Shown: piece after piece, positions 1-12,690 of the stretch
How the letters are laid out: each line of letters opens with the position of its first letter
How positions within the stretch are numbered: the first letter of the stretch is position 1
Source: Euprymna scolopes
Lineage: Eukaryota
Strand: one strand, 5' to 3'
Length of the DNA: 64,000 bases
NCBI GenBank assembly: GCA_053919585.1
Contig: CM132813.1
Translations under genes and position numbers: made by a program
The notes under the pieces: model-generated
The model's database searches: none
What the model was told of the DNA's origin: nothing
Seen by the model: only the letters and a program-made list of their open reading frames with translations

Positions 1-409
1 CATCAAGCCAGGTATAGTAATATGGAACAAGCTCGAAATAACTGCAATCATTATCGTCGTCACAGTTCCAAATGATTTTGGCCTTCCTAGAGCAGATCGG
101 GAAAAGATAACTAAATACCAGGACCCAAAAATGATCTAAAAACAGCATGGTATCTGAAAGAAATAAGCATAATATCAGTTCTGACGGGAGCAGTTGGCCT
201 AATAAAAAAAGAATATTTAGAAATACGTAGAACCAATCCCTGGAAAACCAAGCTGTAAGGAAATACAGATAGCAGCCATAAAAGGGAGCCTATCTATTCT
301 TAAACGAGCCCTCCGATATAAATATAAACCGTACTAGAATCAAGTATTAGCCCCAGTAGGGAGCCCTTGATCTCTTCCAACTAACAAAAGTAAAATATAA
401 TGAAAAAGA
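1..409 (+). mobile_element. 3' end of an RLE-type (R2/R4/NeSL-like) non-LTR retrotransposon: endonuclease domain and 3' UTR
   Basis: Frame 2 reads IKPGIVIWNKLEITAIIIVVTVPNDFGLPRADREKITKYQD, matching the RLE PD..D..K..KY layout. A frameshift follows. The coding part and 3' UTR are homologous to the - strand copy at 56880-57960. Confidence 0.85.
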
Positions 410-1700
410 GTATCGGCGTAAAGTAACAATAACCACCTTCTTGTGCTATGGAATCTCTAGAATTTAGAACGATACGTAAATACGTAATCATCTTAAACAA
501 AATTCTGCTCTTATTTTAATGCAGCATGGAGTTCATTCATCGACTGACAATTGTATTTCATATACTATTAATTTTCTGTGATTCAATAATTTTAAGGTCA
601 AAAAGAAATTCGTAGCTGAAAACATTCCATATCTGATTTATCATACTCGATATAAATTGTATTTTAGTTTTTTAGGAAAGTTGATAAGAAAATCAACAGT
701 CCAGAGTAGAGAAGTAAAAGTGGGGCTATTCAACAGTAAATGATGTTATTTTAAGCACTGCATAAGAATCATTGCCAGTAAGGTGTAAACATATTTAGAA
801 TTAAGTTAATGTCTTTCTGGTGTCAGTCACGTGTATATTTATTTCTAATTTGTCGGCATGATATGACATTGTTAACCGGCTCTATTCAGTTGTTTTACAA
901 TTCAATATGTTTAAATCAATGACATACAAATAATGTACACGTAAATATCGCCAGTGTCGCTATTGATAATGGTGCTGTGAATTGATATCTTACAAAGAAT
1001 TTCCTTATATTCAGTGTTCAATGTTATCCACAACCATTTTGTAATCTGTGAGACTTACTAGACAGTTATTAGATGAAAATTGAGGGGTTAATTTTAAAAA
1101 AAATAGTTGTATGAAAGAAAACTACATTGTATATGCCGTTAGTTGGATTACTATTCAGATATAGCTTGGATATAAGAAAGTCCATAGCGATAACCGGGTC
1201 TTACAAGGAATGATGAGGAGTTCGATGTATAAGTCATTTTTGTAGTATACACCTAGATATAGTTTAAACAGATTCATATTCTATTATTTATTTCTAATTT
1301 ATAACATGTTGATGGGTTTCCAGAAATTTATGTTAAAAAAAAGAAATAGAGAAAATCAGAAGTGACACATTTCCGGTCTTATTTCCTTAATATGACAAAA
1401 TCAATTTCATTTATATGAATAATTAAATTCGAAACAGGTAATATAATTAAAGAAAGAAACCTTGAAAATTTTGAAAAACTCACTTGTCAATAAATGAATC
1501 ATGTTTATTAAATCAAACAGAATTTTCTATTAAATGAAAACATGAATCAAAAATATTTTATTTGACGTGTCTAAGAACGTAAAGATTTCAATTTTATTGA
1601 TTCATGGGCAAATATGAAAGGCGCTGTTGGATAATACTAATTCTTTGTTTAGTTGCAGCATAGAATTTCCAAGTTAAATAAAATTGTATATAATTCAAGG

Positions 1701-1750
<50 letters not shown>

Positions 1751-2032
1751 AGAGAGAGAGAGAGAGAGAGAGGGGGAGCTTAGTGTCATGGCAATGCTAC
1801 AGGGAGTCAACAGAAGCAGCAAATATAAAGCTGGCTTGTTTGGACATATATACAAATAAAAGCAATTTGGTAATAATTTATTAGTTTGAAAATATAGGGT
1901 CCTGCTTACTAATTGCCATACAAATTTTACCAGAGAATAGTAGGATAATCTTCAAAAGGCCTGCAAATGTTCATGTAATTTCGTCTCATAGACCAAAAGA
2001 TATAAGCATTTCAATATTCATTTTGGTTACAA

Positions 2033-2070
<38 letters not shown>

Positions 2071-2073
<3 letters not shown>

Positions 2074-2355
2074 GGCTTCCATCAGTCTTGACAGACTATG
2101 GATACCCACTGTAAGGGTGCCTGCGCGTGAAATTTGTGTGGTAAGACTTGCGCAACCTCTTACCACGCCTCTCCTGAGTCAACATTGTTGCATACCAGTG
2201 GCAAGTTGAGGTACAAGACGACTGGAAACAATGCCGAGATAAGCAGAGAGCACATACAGCGCCTAGAATTTCCCGAATGGTCACCCATCTGGTAGTAGCC
2301 ATGCTCAACGTTGCTTAACTTCGGTGATCTGACGAGAACCGGTGTGTAAACGTGA
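2071..2355 (-). mobile_element. 5S rRNA-derived SINE (SINE3-type); 5' end runs into an assembly gap
   Basis: The - strand of 2355-2255 reads ACACCGGTTCTCGTCAGATCACCGAAGTTAAGCAACGTTGAGC...GATGGGTGACC..GGGAA, i.e. a 5S rRNA body with internal promoter boxes. About 180 bp of non-5S body follows and ends in (AT)n. Confidence 0.8.
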
Positions 2356-2570
2356 NNNNNNNNNNNNNNNNNNNNNNNNNNNNNNNNNNNNNNNNNNNNN
2401 NNNNNNNNNNNNNNNNNNNNNNNNNNNNNNNNNNNNNNNNNNNNNNNNNNNNNNNNNNNNNNNNNNNNNNNNNNNNNNNNNNNNNNNNNNNNNNNNNNNN
2501 NNNNNNNNNNNNNNNNNNNNNNNNNNNNNNNNNNNNNNNNNNNNNNNNNNNNNNNNNNNNNNNNNNNNNN

Positions 2571-3083
2571 GTGTGTGGGTGTCTGTATGCCTCTGTACAT
2601 TACCCATCGTAATAACTTTGTCAATTTTCAGTCTATAGACTCGAAAATTGATATACGGGGTATTGAGATTTGGGAAAAGCTGTGTAATCGGTTTTTGGCC
2701 AGAAATTTATGCATGTATGTTGGCATGGCTGCCTATAACTTTCGACAGAGGCGACGAATTTTCACAAGATCAGTATCGTTTTGAAGCTCCGCCTTCAGAC
2801 GACAAATACCGAAAAAAAGTCTAATAATATTAATTTCTTTACCCTCATCTGGGTACATTTCTACAGAGAGGGGCCGCGTTCTTCACCGATATTTAGAATA
2901 TTGTCGCCATTTTTCGATTGCCTAGCCTTAATTTAAACCCATATCCTTTCCGCTGTGGCGGCGGTTTTAACAGCAAATACGCCACGTTATTCTCGTCCTT
3001 TTACTTCCTCGCGGTACGGGTTCGAGCCCGCCTTCATACTACCACTTTTTTTTTCTCATCACACACCTCCGAAAGCCCGGGTA
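2571..3083 (+). mobile_element. Non-autonomous Helitron fragment (same family as 26793-27678)
   Basis: Shares internal sequence (AATTTTCAGTCTATAGACTCGAAA..., ACACCTCC..A.CCCGGG) with the complete copies. The 5' end lies in the gap and the 3' hairpin is truncated. Confidence 0.7.
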
Positions 3084-3335
3084 AAAAATATATATATATA
3101 TATTTCGGTGCGTCTACCTTCTTTGTGCCGGCAAAAGGAAACATCCAACGCATTGTTTCTCTTTGTGGAACTTTGAATCTTATTTGTTTATTTTACCCCC
3201 CCTGGTTGTGCCAATTTGTTAATCGTTTTTAAACGTTAATACATTTTTTAGAGTCCCCGTAATTTTGGGGCATTCAATAAGTTCCCCATTAGAACTCTTT
3301 ATATTCGACATAATATTATTTTGTACGCTATCGAT

Positions 3336-3375
3336 TTTCTCCTGATGAGATGATAGCCGAAAAGCTCTTGAGAAA
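3336..3375 (+). ncRNA. Minimal type I hammerhead-like motif (variant)
   Basis: TTTCTC-CTGATGA-weak stem II-GAAA-AGCT (palindrome)-CTT-GAGAAA. Stem I is TTTCTC/GAGAAA. Confidence 0.5.
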
Positions 3376-3392
3376 CTTCCGCTTATTATTTT

Positions 3393-3450
<58 letters not shown>

Positions 3451-3507
3451 TAATTTCATAAGTTTAAAATCTCAGCGACTATTGATCATAACTTTATAAA
3501 TACAGAT

Positions 3508-3780
3508 TCGTTGAAAAGCGTGTGAATTTTGTAGTGTGCTATGTGATAGTTGATATTTTTGTAGTGGGCTATGTGACATTTTTCGTTGAAAAGCTTGGGA
3601 ATTTTGTAGTGGGCTATGTAACATTTGCCCTTTTGTAGTGGGCTATGTGACATTTTTTGTTGAAAAGCTTGTGAATTATGTAGTGGGCTATGTGAAATTT
3701 GACCTTTTGTAGATGGATATGTGACATTTTTCGTTGAAAAGCTTGTGAATTATGTAGTGGGCTATGTGACATTTGACCTT
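3508..3780. repeat. Minisatellite of alternating GTTGAAAAGCTTGTGAAT / TTGTAGTGGGCTATGTGACATTT units
   Basis: About 7 copies of TGTAGTGGGCTATGTGA and 4 of GTTGAAAAGC are visible directly. Confidence 0.9.
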
Positions 3781-3849
3781 AAATTCGCGCATTATTGTTT
3801 AAACAAGTGTGGATCACTTTTCTATATTAATTTAACGTAAAGTTAACAG

Positions 3850-4443
3850 CCACTTCATGGGAACATTGATTATCGAGTGGGTGTTTAGTTTACGTAAAAT
3901 TAATATTAAAAAAATCCCAAGATTTTTAAAAAAATATAATTTATTCATGTCTTAAAAATTACTTATTACTGGGATTTTAAGTGTTGTTTTCATTTTAAGC
4001 ACATTTGTAGTAATTTTACAATATTTTTTTGTGGATGGAAAGATACTGCACCTGTACGAATATTTCAAACATAGTCATTTATTTTCCTAGTTTTAAATAT
4101 GAATTACAAATCATCTGATATTTCCCCAAAATTTCTGACCTTGGAGGATCGGAGACTAAGACATGCTGCTATAATTGAAAAGGCTCTGATATAACATCAA
4201 GGGAGACTTTATTCCAAATATTTTCCGACTGTTATATCTCCCCTTTTGGTTTCATACATAAAGAGAATTTCACAGTGTATAAACATTATTTCATAGGGGA
4301 GATATTTATAATCGTATGCTATTTACAAAACAGGGGAAATATAACAAAAATAGTTAAAATCAAGTATTTCCTTGCTGCTATTTTAGATCATTTGATCCAT
4401 AGCAGCAAGCTTTGGTGTCCCCTCAATAGCGACCAAATGTTTT

Positions 4444-4519
<76 letters not shown>

Positions 4520-5580
4520 TTCTAGAGTCTAGGACTTCCTGTTGCTGTCATGGTTCATGTAGGCTGCGACGTTGTTTGGCTATGGAAATAATTATAATTT
4601 CTCACATTCTTAACACACACACACATATATATATATTTAAATATATATGAAGTTATAAAATGTATATGGTGATTAAGCTACACTGAATGTTCCACGTTTC
4701 TTCCACTCCAGGACTCTTCAGGCTTATGCGCGAATTCTGTAGTTGTTTGTCATTTTTATATGTGCATCTTCTATTGAGATTTTAGTTAGCCAATCAGCTT
4801 TCTAGTATCCACCGCACCCTTCCTATCAGCCAATAAGCATGCATTTATCAGACAAAGGCCTATTTGATATCTGGTTCACCTGTTCCTTTGTGTGTGCTCT
4901 ATTTAGCCTGAATACTTNNNNNNNNNNNNNNNNNNNNNNNNNNNNNNNNNNNNNNNNNNNNNNNNNNNNNNNNNNNNNNNNNNNNNNNNNNNNNNNNNNN
5001 NNNNNNNNNNNNNNNNNNNNNNNNNNNNNNNNNNNNNNNNNNNNNNNNNNNNNNGATTGAGATGAAAAATCCTGATAAATATTACTTAAAGTAATACTTT
5101 CAAAGTGATCCTAGCCAAAAAGGAATAGTTCAATATTTAAGAATAGAGCAATATATAAGTTTGGTGGTTAAAGTTTAAATTCTGAAAAAACAACATATAG
5201 ATACATATATTCGAAGTAAGAATTCATTGTTTGACAAAAGGAATATATAGAAGGGGTTATTTTGATTTCTTTAGTCCATGGATTTTCAATAATGGTCCCT
5301 ATCGTCAGAGGAAATGAAATGCGGTTAGCAAAATGTCTAGCTGTGAATAGACGCTTATTCTGCTTTGCAGCACAATTATTGAAAATATTTTTTGAGTGGC
5401 TGTGGATAATTATATGGAAAAAATTATACGACAAGAGAAGTTGATACAACCTGGCCACTCCATTATCCGAAGGAGTACAATATCGTTCGGGGTTATAAAT
5501 GTACGTGGACAGAAAATAGATCCAGGAGAGACGGTAATATTCCCATGTAGCTAAGCGCATTGCTGAAACGATAAATTCTT
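3850..5580 (+). pseudogene. Decayed ionotropic receptor (iGluR/IR-like) copy, M1 to end of S2
   Basis: Motifs occur in iGluR order: M1-like LLITGILSVVFILSTFVVIL (~3959-4020); ALI*HQG then ISPFWF (~4183-4252, M2/M3 region); FAAQLLKIFFEWLWIIIWKK (ORF 5262-5444), resembling the LxxxESGLxxxW motif. Many stops and frameshifts. Confidence 0.55.
4690..4917 (-). mobile_element. Probable PLE pseudo-LTR remnant with promoter-like boxes and a degenerate hammerhead
   Basis: The - strand has two ATTGG (inverted CCAAT) boxes and TATAAAA, followed ~30 nt later by CTGAAGA-GTCC-tggagt-GGAA-GAAAC (4721-4696). Confidence 0.45.
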
Positions 5581-6410
5581 AATTCGAATATATGTGTATA
5601 TATGTTGTTTTTACAGCATTTNNNNNNNNNNNNNNNNNNNNNNNNNNNNNNNNNNNNNNNNNNNNNNNNNNNNNNNNNNNNNNNNNNNNNNNNNNNNNNN
5701 NNNNNNNNNNNNNNNNNNNNNNNNNNNNNNNNNNNNNNNNNNNNNNNNNNNNNNNNNNNNNNNNNNNNNNNNNNNNNNATTACTCAGAATCTGAATCGGG
5801 AATCAGAAAAGTGTGAACTTTTGGGGGTAACGTATCTGTATCGGAATTTGGAATAATTTAACCCTATTTTCGATTCCAAACGGATTCTGTTATTTTCCCC
5901 TGGAAATTATAAAGAGACAAACACAGATTGTTTAGTTATTCATCAGAATAATATTTAATTATAACATGAAAGTAAGGAACACGGCATCAGGATTTCTGGG
6001 TCCAATTTAATTATTTTATTTGTAAATTATATCAAACAAAATAATAAACAATATTTCATTTACGTAGAAACCCTTTGAAATGCTCAGACTTATTTCAGCA
6101 CCAGGCGATAAAAGCCAGTACGTTATTTCTCAGAGTTCCTTGTCAAATTAAAATGGTTAAGCCGGTCCATAATTTTTCATTTTAATTTTTCTGGCGCCCA
6201 TCTGGTTTTGTGTTGTCTAAAATGACCATCTTTTAAATAATCCTGTTTTACTGCATTTATTTACTTGTTCACATTAAAATCGCATATAAAAATCTCATAA
6301 TAAGTTAATCCAAAATGAGATAAATACGTAAAATATGAACGTTTACAAATTTATAAAATTATAAAAAAGTAATTATATGTACATTAAAAGGTGCCTGGGA
6401 CATTCACCAC

Positions 6411-6484
6411 GAAAAATTCGTCTATGGAAAACTTGTCCAGAGAAAACTCGTTGACGGAAAACCTGTCAATAGAAAACTCGTCCA
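6411..6484. repeat. 15-bp tandem repeat (GAAAAcTcGTCnAtg-like, 5 copies)
   Basis: GAAAAATTCGTCTATG GAAAACTTGTCCAGA GAAAACTCGTTGACG GAAAACCTGTCAATA GAAAACTCGTCCA. Probably the subterminal repeats of a DNA transposon. Confidence 0.75.
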
Positions 6485-7724
6485 TTCTTGTTGGTAGCAA
6501 AACGTGACCATTATTGAATAAATATCGATTGAAAAATAAATAATGTTTATTGAATAAATATCGATTGAAAACACATTTTCTAACTGTTCTTGAAGGAGAC
6601 ATTGTTTTAAAACAGACTAAACCTGTATAATACTTTAAGATATGTTTACTTTTTGACTTTTGTTTTTAGACAGATAAAATCGATTTTCTAATTGTTCGCT
6701 TTCTATCTAGCTTCGTAAGGTTTTAGTGATTTAACCCATTTTAAAGCTTTTATTCAGTTAAAGGAGAAGTATTGTCCCGTTTCACTTTAGAACAAAAATA
6801 ATGTCCGAAATGAGAGTATCTCACCTAGGGAGTCTATCATCCCTCAAACATTAAAAGTACTGAGGTAGATATTTTTTTGAAAATAGCCACCTCCTTCCAA
6901 AATACCATAACATTTCTTAATTGAGGATGGCAAGAAACGTGTTCTTTCCTGGATATAGAAACGATATCACTGGTTGAGGGTGGAGGCTTCTGGGAATGAG
7001 AGAAAATAGATTTTTCCTGATGTCACTGAGAGGCACGCATCTATTTCGGCTAAGGGCCACAACACCTCCCTATAAAAACAAAGTTCAAAAGCTTTTGCTC
7101 TAGACTAAGAATCTGTCTGAATGACACCAACGTTTTAAGTACCTGCATCACGAAGCCGTTAAGACCTAAAGAACTTACCTTTCCTTGTACGAAGTTTACC
7201 GTGAAGATCTTTTAAATAATTATGTTTATAAATAAATTATCTCAAAGTTATTTTTGAATTCTTGATTTGAAACACAGTGTATTACAGCACCTACGCTACA
7301 CCCAAACTGGACTCAACCGAACAGGAAGATAGCCCAGTTGTTCACCAAGTAGACACTCGAAAGTGCAGCATCCGACGACGAATGGCAGCCGAAAATAAAA
7401 GTGTTGCATTTTGGTCATGAATGTTTTTCGTGCCCTGAACAACTGAGTGGTATTTTTCAGGTACCAGTCAAATATCGGTCACCCTTGAAGAGTCCACCAC
7501 TAGACAGAATAAGTAACGTAGCCACCGGAACTTTGGATTCGTGCACATTTTCTTGCACATGTGTACGCCATAATCATGCTGGGTTGCATCTATGGTCCTG
7601 TGAATCAAGGATTTGATGAGGGTGACGCAGAATGTCTGTAAGGACGACATTGATTCTTCTCCGTATCTGCAAAACAACAGAAAATCTTTCAATTCCCATT
7701 TTACCGTTAATTAATGCTCGTACA

Positions 7725-8210
7725 ATTCGCAAGAAAGGACCAAAAGGTGCACCAAACACCATCTATATTGTCCCCAGTCTTGCGTCTTGTGAAACGAAAT
7801 GTTGAAAAGTATCCTCAAGATTTTGACATTGCAACACAAGCTGATGTCAGTCAAGGAGAAGCTATCAGAGATATTTAAACCCTCGACTACTTTGATAGAG
7901 CTGCGAGAAAAGCGCCTTTCCAACCTACTAATATCTAGCGCAGAAAAATTTGGTCTCGTAAGATCGTGGAGAGACCTTCGACTTGTTGAACCAATGCAAT
8001 ATTCTCTGATGAGTCACGATTAATATTATTTCCTAACTGTGGAAATCTATAGTTTTGGAGCCTGACTCAGCAAGGGTAAGACTTAAAAATACTGCAGTTA
8101 ATCCTGAAACATAGGTGTTTTACGGTTTTACTGAGTGGTATTTTGAGCGATAACGGCTCAGATTTTGTGAAGGGCGAAGGATAGATAAATTCTGCTAAAT
8201 ATCATCTGAA
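7725..8210 (+). mobile_element. Tc1/mariner transposase relic
   Basis: One frame from 7891 reads RAARKAPFQPTNI*RRKIWSRKIVERPSTC*TNAIFSDESRLILF...LKHR...G*INSAKY. This contains the Tc1 ARKxP, FSDES and KH..NSxKY motifs, with stops. Confidence 0.8.
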
Positions 8211-8273
8211 GGAGACCTACCGATATAAACAAGTGGGAAAATGAACAATGTTAACCTTCCATTTCTTTATATA

Positions 8274-9133
8274 CTAGCAGTTCAGCCCGGCTTTTCTCGG
8301 GCCCTATGTACTGTTCATACGGGTGAATACACTTTATGTAAGATTTCAGATGTTTAATCCAAAATGTGTCCTAGTGATTTTGTAGAGACCGCACAGGTCA
8401 ATATTTCTTTTACTTTGACCCCAATTTTGACCCTTTAAAATTTATTATGTTGGTTTAAAATCACAATCTAACGTCTTATAAATGTACAATTTACCTACAT
8501 CTAAAATTTCAAGACTTTAGACCCAAAATTCGAAGAAGAATTTGTTAAAAGCTGCGAAAGTCAACTCTTTTAACTTTGTCCTTTTGGCAGCCAAATGTTC
8601 GCCCCAAACTGATTAAAATGCTCGCCGCGTGTCTAAATACTCTTTATGTATATATTTCTATTGTTTAGACCCAAAATTGGTTGAGTAGTTTGATACATAC
8701 CGCAAATATCAAATCTTTTGAATTTAACCGTTTGGCAGCTCGAATTTTGTTTAAAAAGCTTGTTCTATCTCTTAATACTCTTTATGTAAAATTTCAAATG
8801 TTAAGACTAGTAATTGACTGTGTTGTTTTATAGCGACCGAAGTCATCAATGTTTTTTTAAAACTTTGACCCAAATTTTGACGCTAAACATTTATTTGTTG
8901 GGGCTCAAATTCAATTAAAAAGTTTGATCATGTCCAAGGAACCTACATCTAAAATTTCAAGTATTAAGACCTAAAGACGTAGCGTTGTCAAAAGTTCAAA
9001 TCGTAAAACTCTATCCCCTTAGTAGCCAAATCTCTGGCAGAAAACTGATTAAGAAGATTTTCCTAAAACTCCATACACCTTATGTCAAATTTATTAGGGA
9101 AATGTACAGAGACACACACACATATTTTTTTCA

Positions 9134-9135
<2 letters not shown>
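8274..9135 (-). mobile_element. Non-autonomous Helitron
   Basis: The - strand 3' end is a hairpin (CCCGaG...CCGGG) plus CTAG at 8274-8277. The internal sequence is shared with the family. Confidence 0.7.
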
Positions 9136-9183
<48 letters not shown>

Positions 9184-9184
<1 letters not shown>

Positions 9185-9591
9185 TAGCATTGCATCCCGG
9201 CGTTGCCCGGCTGTTTGGAGGTGTGTGTAGAACAAAAAAAAGTGGACAATTTTTTAACTTTGACTCCTATTATAACCCCTTGACATGTATTGTTTCTGAC
9301 TCCAATTGAGTTATTAAGTAAGAGCAATGTCCGACGAACCTACATCTAAAATTTTATGTGTCTGGACCCAAAATTGTCGGAGGAGTTTTGTAGAGATCTC
9401 AAAGGTCAAATTGTTGAACTTTGACCCCTTTATCAGCCGAATTTCTGGTCGGAAACGTATTACAAAGATGTTACCAAATCTCAGTACTCCGTATATTAAA
9501 TTTCCAGTCTATAGACTGACAATTGACATAATTATTGCGTATGGAAATGTACACAGACACAGACACAGGCAGCCACTTACACTTGTATAGA
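9184..9591 (-). mobile_element. Non-autonomous Helitron
   Basis: 5' TC at 9591-9590. 3' CCGGGCAACGCCGGG hairpin and CTAG at 9184-9187. Confidence 0.8.
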
Positions 9592-9960
9592 TATATACAT
9601 AGATTGTAACTCCGTACGGGCGACTGGGCATCAGTTGATCCAAACTGTGATTAATAAACTTCAATGTAACACCCTGGACAGGAACAAAATTGAAATCATT
9701 TGAAGCGTACTAGACCGAAATATTTGCAAAAAGAAAACGAAGTTTTTTTCTAAGCTTGGGCTTTTAGCATTATTGCCTCAGATATGGCAAGACATTGCTC
9801 AAGAAAATAGTCGTCAACTGATGACTAGAAGGGCTCTAGCATTAAAAACAGCAATGAGAAGATCAAAGATATATTAATTATTTGTGGGTAATTATTTATT
9901 CTACAAATTATGTTTATTGCAATACAATTTTTACATAGGTTTCTATACTTTTATATCATA

Positions 9961-10380
9961 CTAACATTTCAGCCCGGTTTTGCCCGGGTGTTCGGAGGTG
10001 TATGTTGAGTCAAAAAACGAAAATAAAAACCCAGAAAAACGCTCTTTTTTTAAATTTGCCACCTATTATGACCCCTCAACATTTATTGTTTTGGGCTCAA
10101 ATCAAGTTATTTAGTTAGATCCATGTACATGTAACCTATATCTATAATCTCAAGCGTTTAGACCCAAGATTGCCGGAGGAGTTTGGTAGAGTACTCTAAG
10201 GTCAAATCGTTGAACCTTTACCCCTTAACAGCCAAATTTCTGGCAGACCACCACTCAAAAAGATTTTTACAAATCTCAGTCCCTTGTATATCAAATTTCT
10301 AGTCTGCAGACTTAAAATTGACAGAGTTATTTCGCAGGGAAATGTACACACACAGACACTTTCTCTTTTATATATATATA
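9961..10380 (-). mobile_element. Non-autonomous Helitron
   Basis: Homologous to 9184-9591. The 3' hairpin is CCCGGGCAAAACCGGG, followed by a TTAG variant end. Confidence 0.75.
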
Positions 10381-10544
10381 TATAAGGTAAAATTAAAAGC
10401 CAAGAACAATGCGAGATTATTTTTTATATAGAGTAAAATAAAATGCAAACAAAAGAAATAAAGTTCTTTTTTTTGTTGTTGTTTGTTTTTTCTTTTTCAC
10501 ACAAATTTTAACTCTAAACAACAGTCATTTTTTTTTCTGTTGTA

Positions 10545-12690
10545 TTCAATGGTGATATAAATCTCAATATATTTCAGACTTATTAGTCCATTTTCAAGAG
10601 AAGACAGCGGAAGAGTGTTCAAAATTGGAAAAGTAGCCGCAGAGTTTGCCACGTGATACCGTGAAATATAGAACAAAAAATGACGTTAGGAGAACGTTAA
10701 AATAAATCAGTTGATGTTTGAAATACTTGTTGCGTTTGTGAATCAAGGGAGATGACTATTCAAGCAAGTTTTTTTTTTTTTTTTTTTTAATTATTGTTTT
10801 TCTTATGTTTTAAACTTATATTATAAAAGCGGAGCTCAATTCCAGTCTATTGTTTAGTGTGGGAGTATTTTTTGAAATAATTAAAGATTCGAGGATACGA
10901 AGTTGACCTACGTTTCTTGAAGAAGCAAGAATGTTGATGTGAAAATCTGGTTCTGAATTAATGCAAGTGCGAATATGTTTATAGAACGACGAATCAGTAG
11001 TGTTTAAGTGCTCTTTAATGCGGTGATGAAGCAATCTGGTAGTGCTTCCGATGTAAGATGCACTGCATTTAGCGCATTGTAGGTCGTAAACAACGTGGTT
11101 CTTAAAGCATAAACCTGTGTGTGATATTGGGCAATTAGAGAGTGAACAAGGGGAAGTTGTATGCGATGGATGTTTTCGGTTGAGCTGTTGTCTTAAAGTA
11201 GATCCAGTGTGGATGAGTTGAATGTTGAGCCCCTCGCTGCGGATGGCTTTTCGGATTGAAGATGAGATTTTGTCACTGAGGAAGGGTAGTTTTAGAAAAC
11301 AATTGTTAGAGAAGGGTCGGGTGTTGCGTTTTTTCTTTTTAAGTGAGAATAGGATCGTATTAGGGTAGCCGTTTAGTGAGAGGGTCTGTAGGAAATTGTT
11401 AGTGTGTGTATGTTTGTCGGAGATGTTAGTGCATTTGTCTTGTATGCGTGAGATTTCGGCATGTGCGTAGTTTAGTTTGTCCTTGAGAGGTAGCGCAGAT
11501 TTGAAATGTACGAAGAGGCGTTTGCTGGCGGGTTTTCTGTAGAATTCAGTGCATATGGCACCATTTTTTTTATTTGTATTTTAAAATCAAGTAGAGAAAG
11601 AGATTCCGAAGAGTCTGAGTGTTCTATAGTAAATTTTAAGTTTGGGTCGGCGTTATTGAATTTGTGGAAAATGTTAATAGCTTCTTCGCGGGAGTATGTG
11701 ATAATTAAAATGTCATCGATATATCTAGTAAAAAGGAGATAAGAATAGCAGGTACTAAGGGTGTGTCTTTCGAGTTTGTCCATATAAGCAATGGCAAGAA
11801 TACCGGACAGACTGGAGCCCATGGGTAGTCCAGATACTTGTTTGAACGTGTTTTGTAGGAAAGTAAAGTAAGTGTTGTCTACTATAATACGGAGGAGTTG
11901 TAAGAGATCTCCTGGAGTAATTCCGAAGCATTGTGGGTTTTTAGATGCTATAATGTCTGCCATGAGATTAATGGCTGGATGTGCAGGAATGGAGGTGTAT
12001 AAAGAAACGACGTCTAGGCTAAATGGGTATCTGTATAGTTTGAGTAGATGGTGTGGTAGATCGTTGAGTCTGTTAATTACTTGGTTGGAACAATTAACAT
12101 GGGCTGGGAAGGTAGAGAGTAGAGGTTTAAGTAGGCGGGATATTAACCAAGAGATTTTATAAAGGGGACCGTTAACGCTTGAAACAATGGGTCTGATCTG
12201 TGTGTGTGTGCTATTTTTGTGGGTTTTAATAAGGTGATAAAAGGTAGGTAATTTGCTGTATTTAGTAATAAAATTTAGTCTGTGTTGTTTTGGGAGATTT
12301 CTTTTAAAACAAATTTGAGACCATGTCTTGTTAATGTTGTTCTCAATACGAGCAGCAGTGATATTATGTGCTGGGGTGTAAAGGTCGGTATTGGAAAGAT
12401 GCTCTATAGCAAGGTTGTTATAAGATTCTTGTGATATAACGCAAAATTCTCTGCCCTTATCAGAGGGTAAGTAAACTAAATCTTTGTCTTTAAGGGATTT
12501 AAGGGTGAGGTATTGGTTCCTGGTAAGGTTGGGGGTAATATGGTGTTGTTCGCGTTCAAGTATTCTGAGGATTTTATGCTTTAACCTTGAAAGTTTTAGA
12601 TCTAGTGGAATATTATTAGGAGGTGGGTATAAAGGGTGATCAAGCTGAAAAACAGGAAAAGAGGTGTTGTGATTACCTGAGAGGCTTATA
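10545..12690 (-). mobile_element. Penelope-like element (RT + GIY-YIG), 5'-truncated, possibly Naiad-like
   Basis: RT motifs SLDVVSLYTSIP, GLPMGSSLSGILA and RYIDD; thumb FYRKP..LFVHFKSA; GIY-YIG region CPISHTGLCFKNHVVYDLQCAKCSASYIGSTTRLLHHRIKEH. The 3' region has an A-run and a non-canonical hammerhead-like motif at 10562-10602. Confidence 0.92.
10816..12690 (-). pseudogene. PLE RT-GIY-YIG ORF broken by a single frameshift
   Basis: ORF 11472-12749 carries the RT. After a frame change at the T8 run (11564-11571), the frame is open through thumb and endonuclease to the stop at 10816. Confidence 0.88.

Noticed and set aside
2255-2355. Functional 5S rRNA gene
   Set aside because: The 3' part is diverged, there is no T-run terminator, and it continues into a SINE-like body.
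3508-3780. CRISPR-like repeat array
   Set aside because: The inter-repeat sequences are themselves repeated, there are no cas genes, and the context is eukaryotic.
8005-8020. CTGATGA as a hammerhead core (also at ~25820, ~25941 and ~50890)
   Set aside because: None has a properly placed stem II and GAAA. At 8005 the motif encodes the Tc1 FSDES motif.
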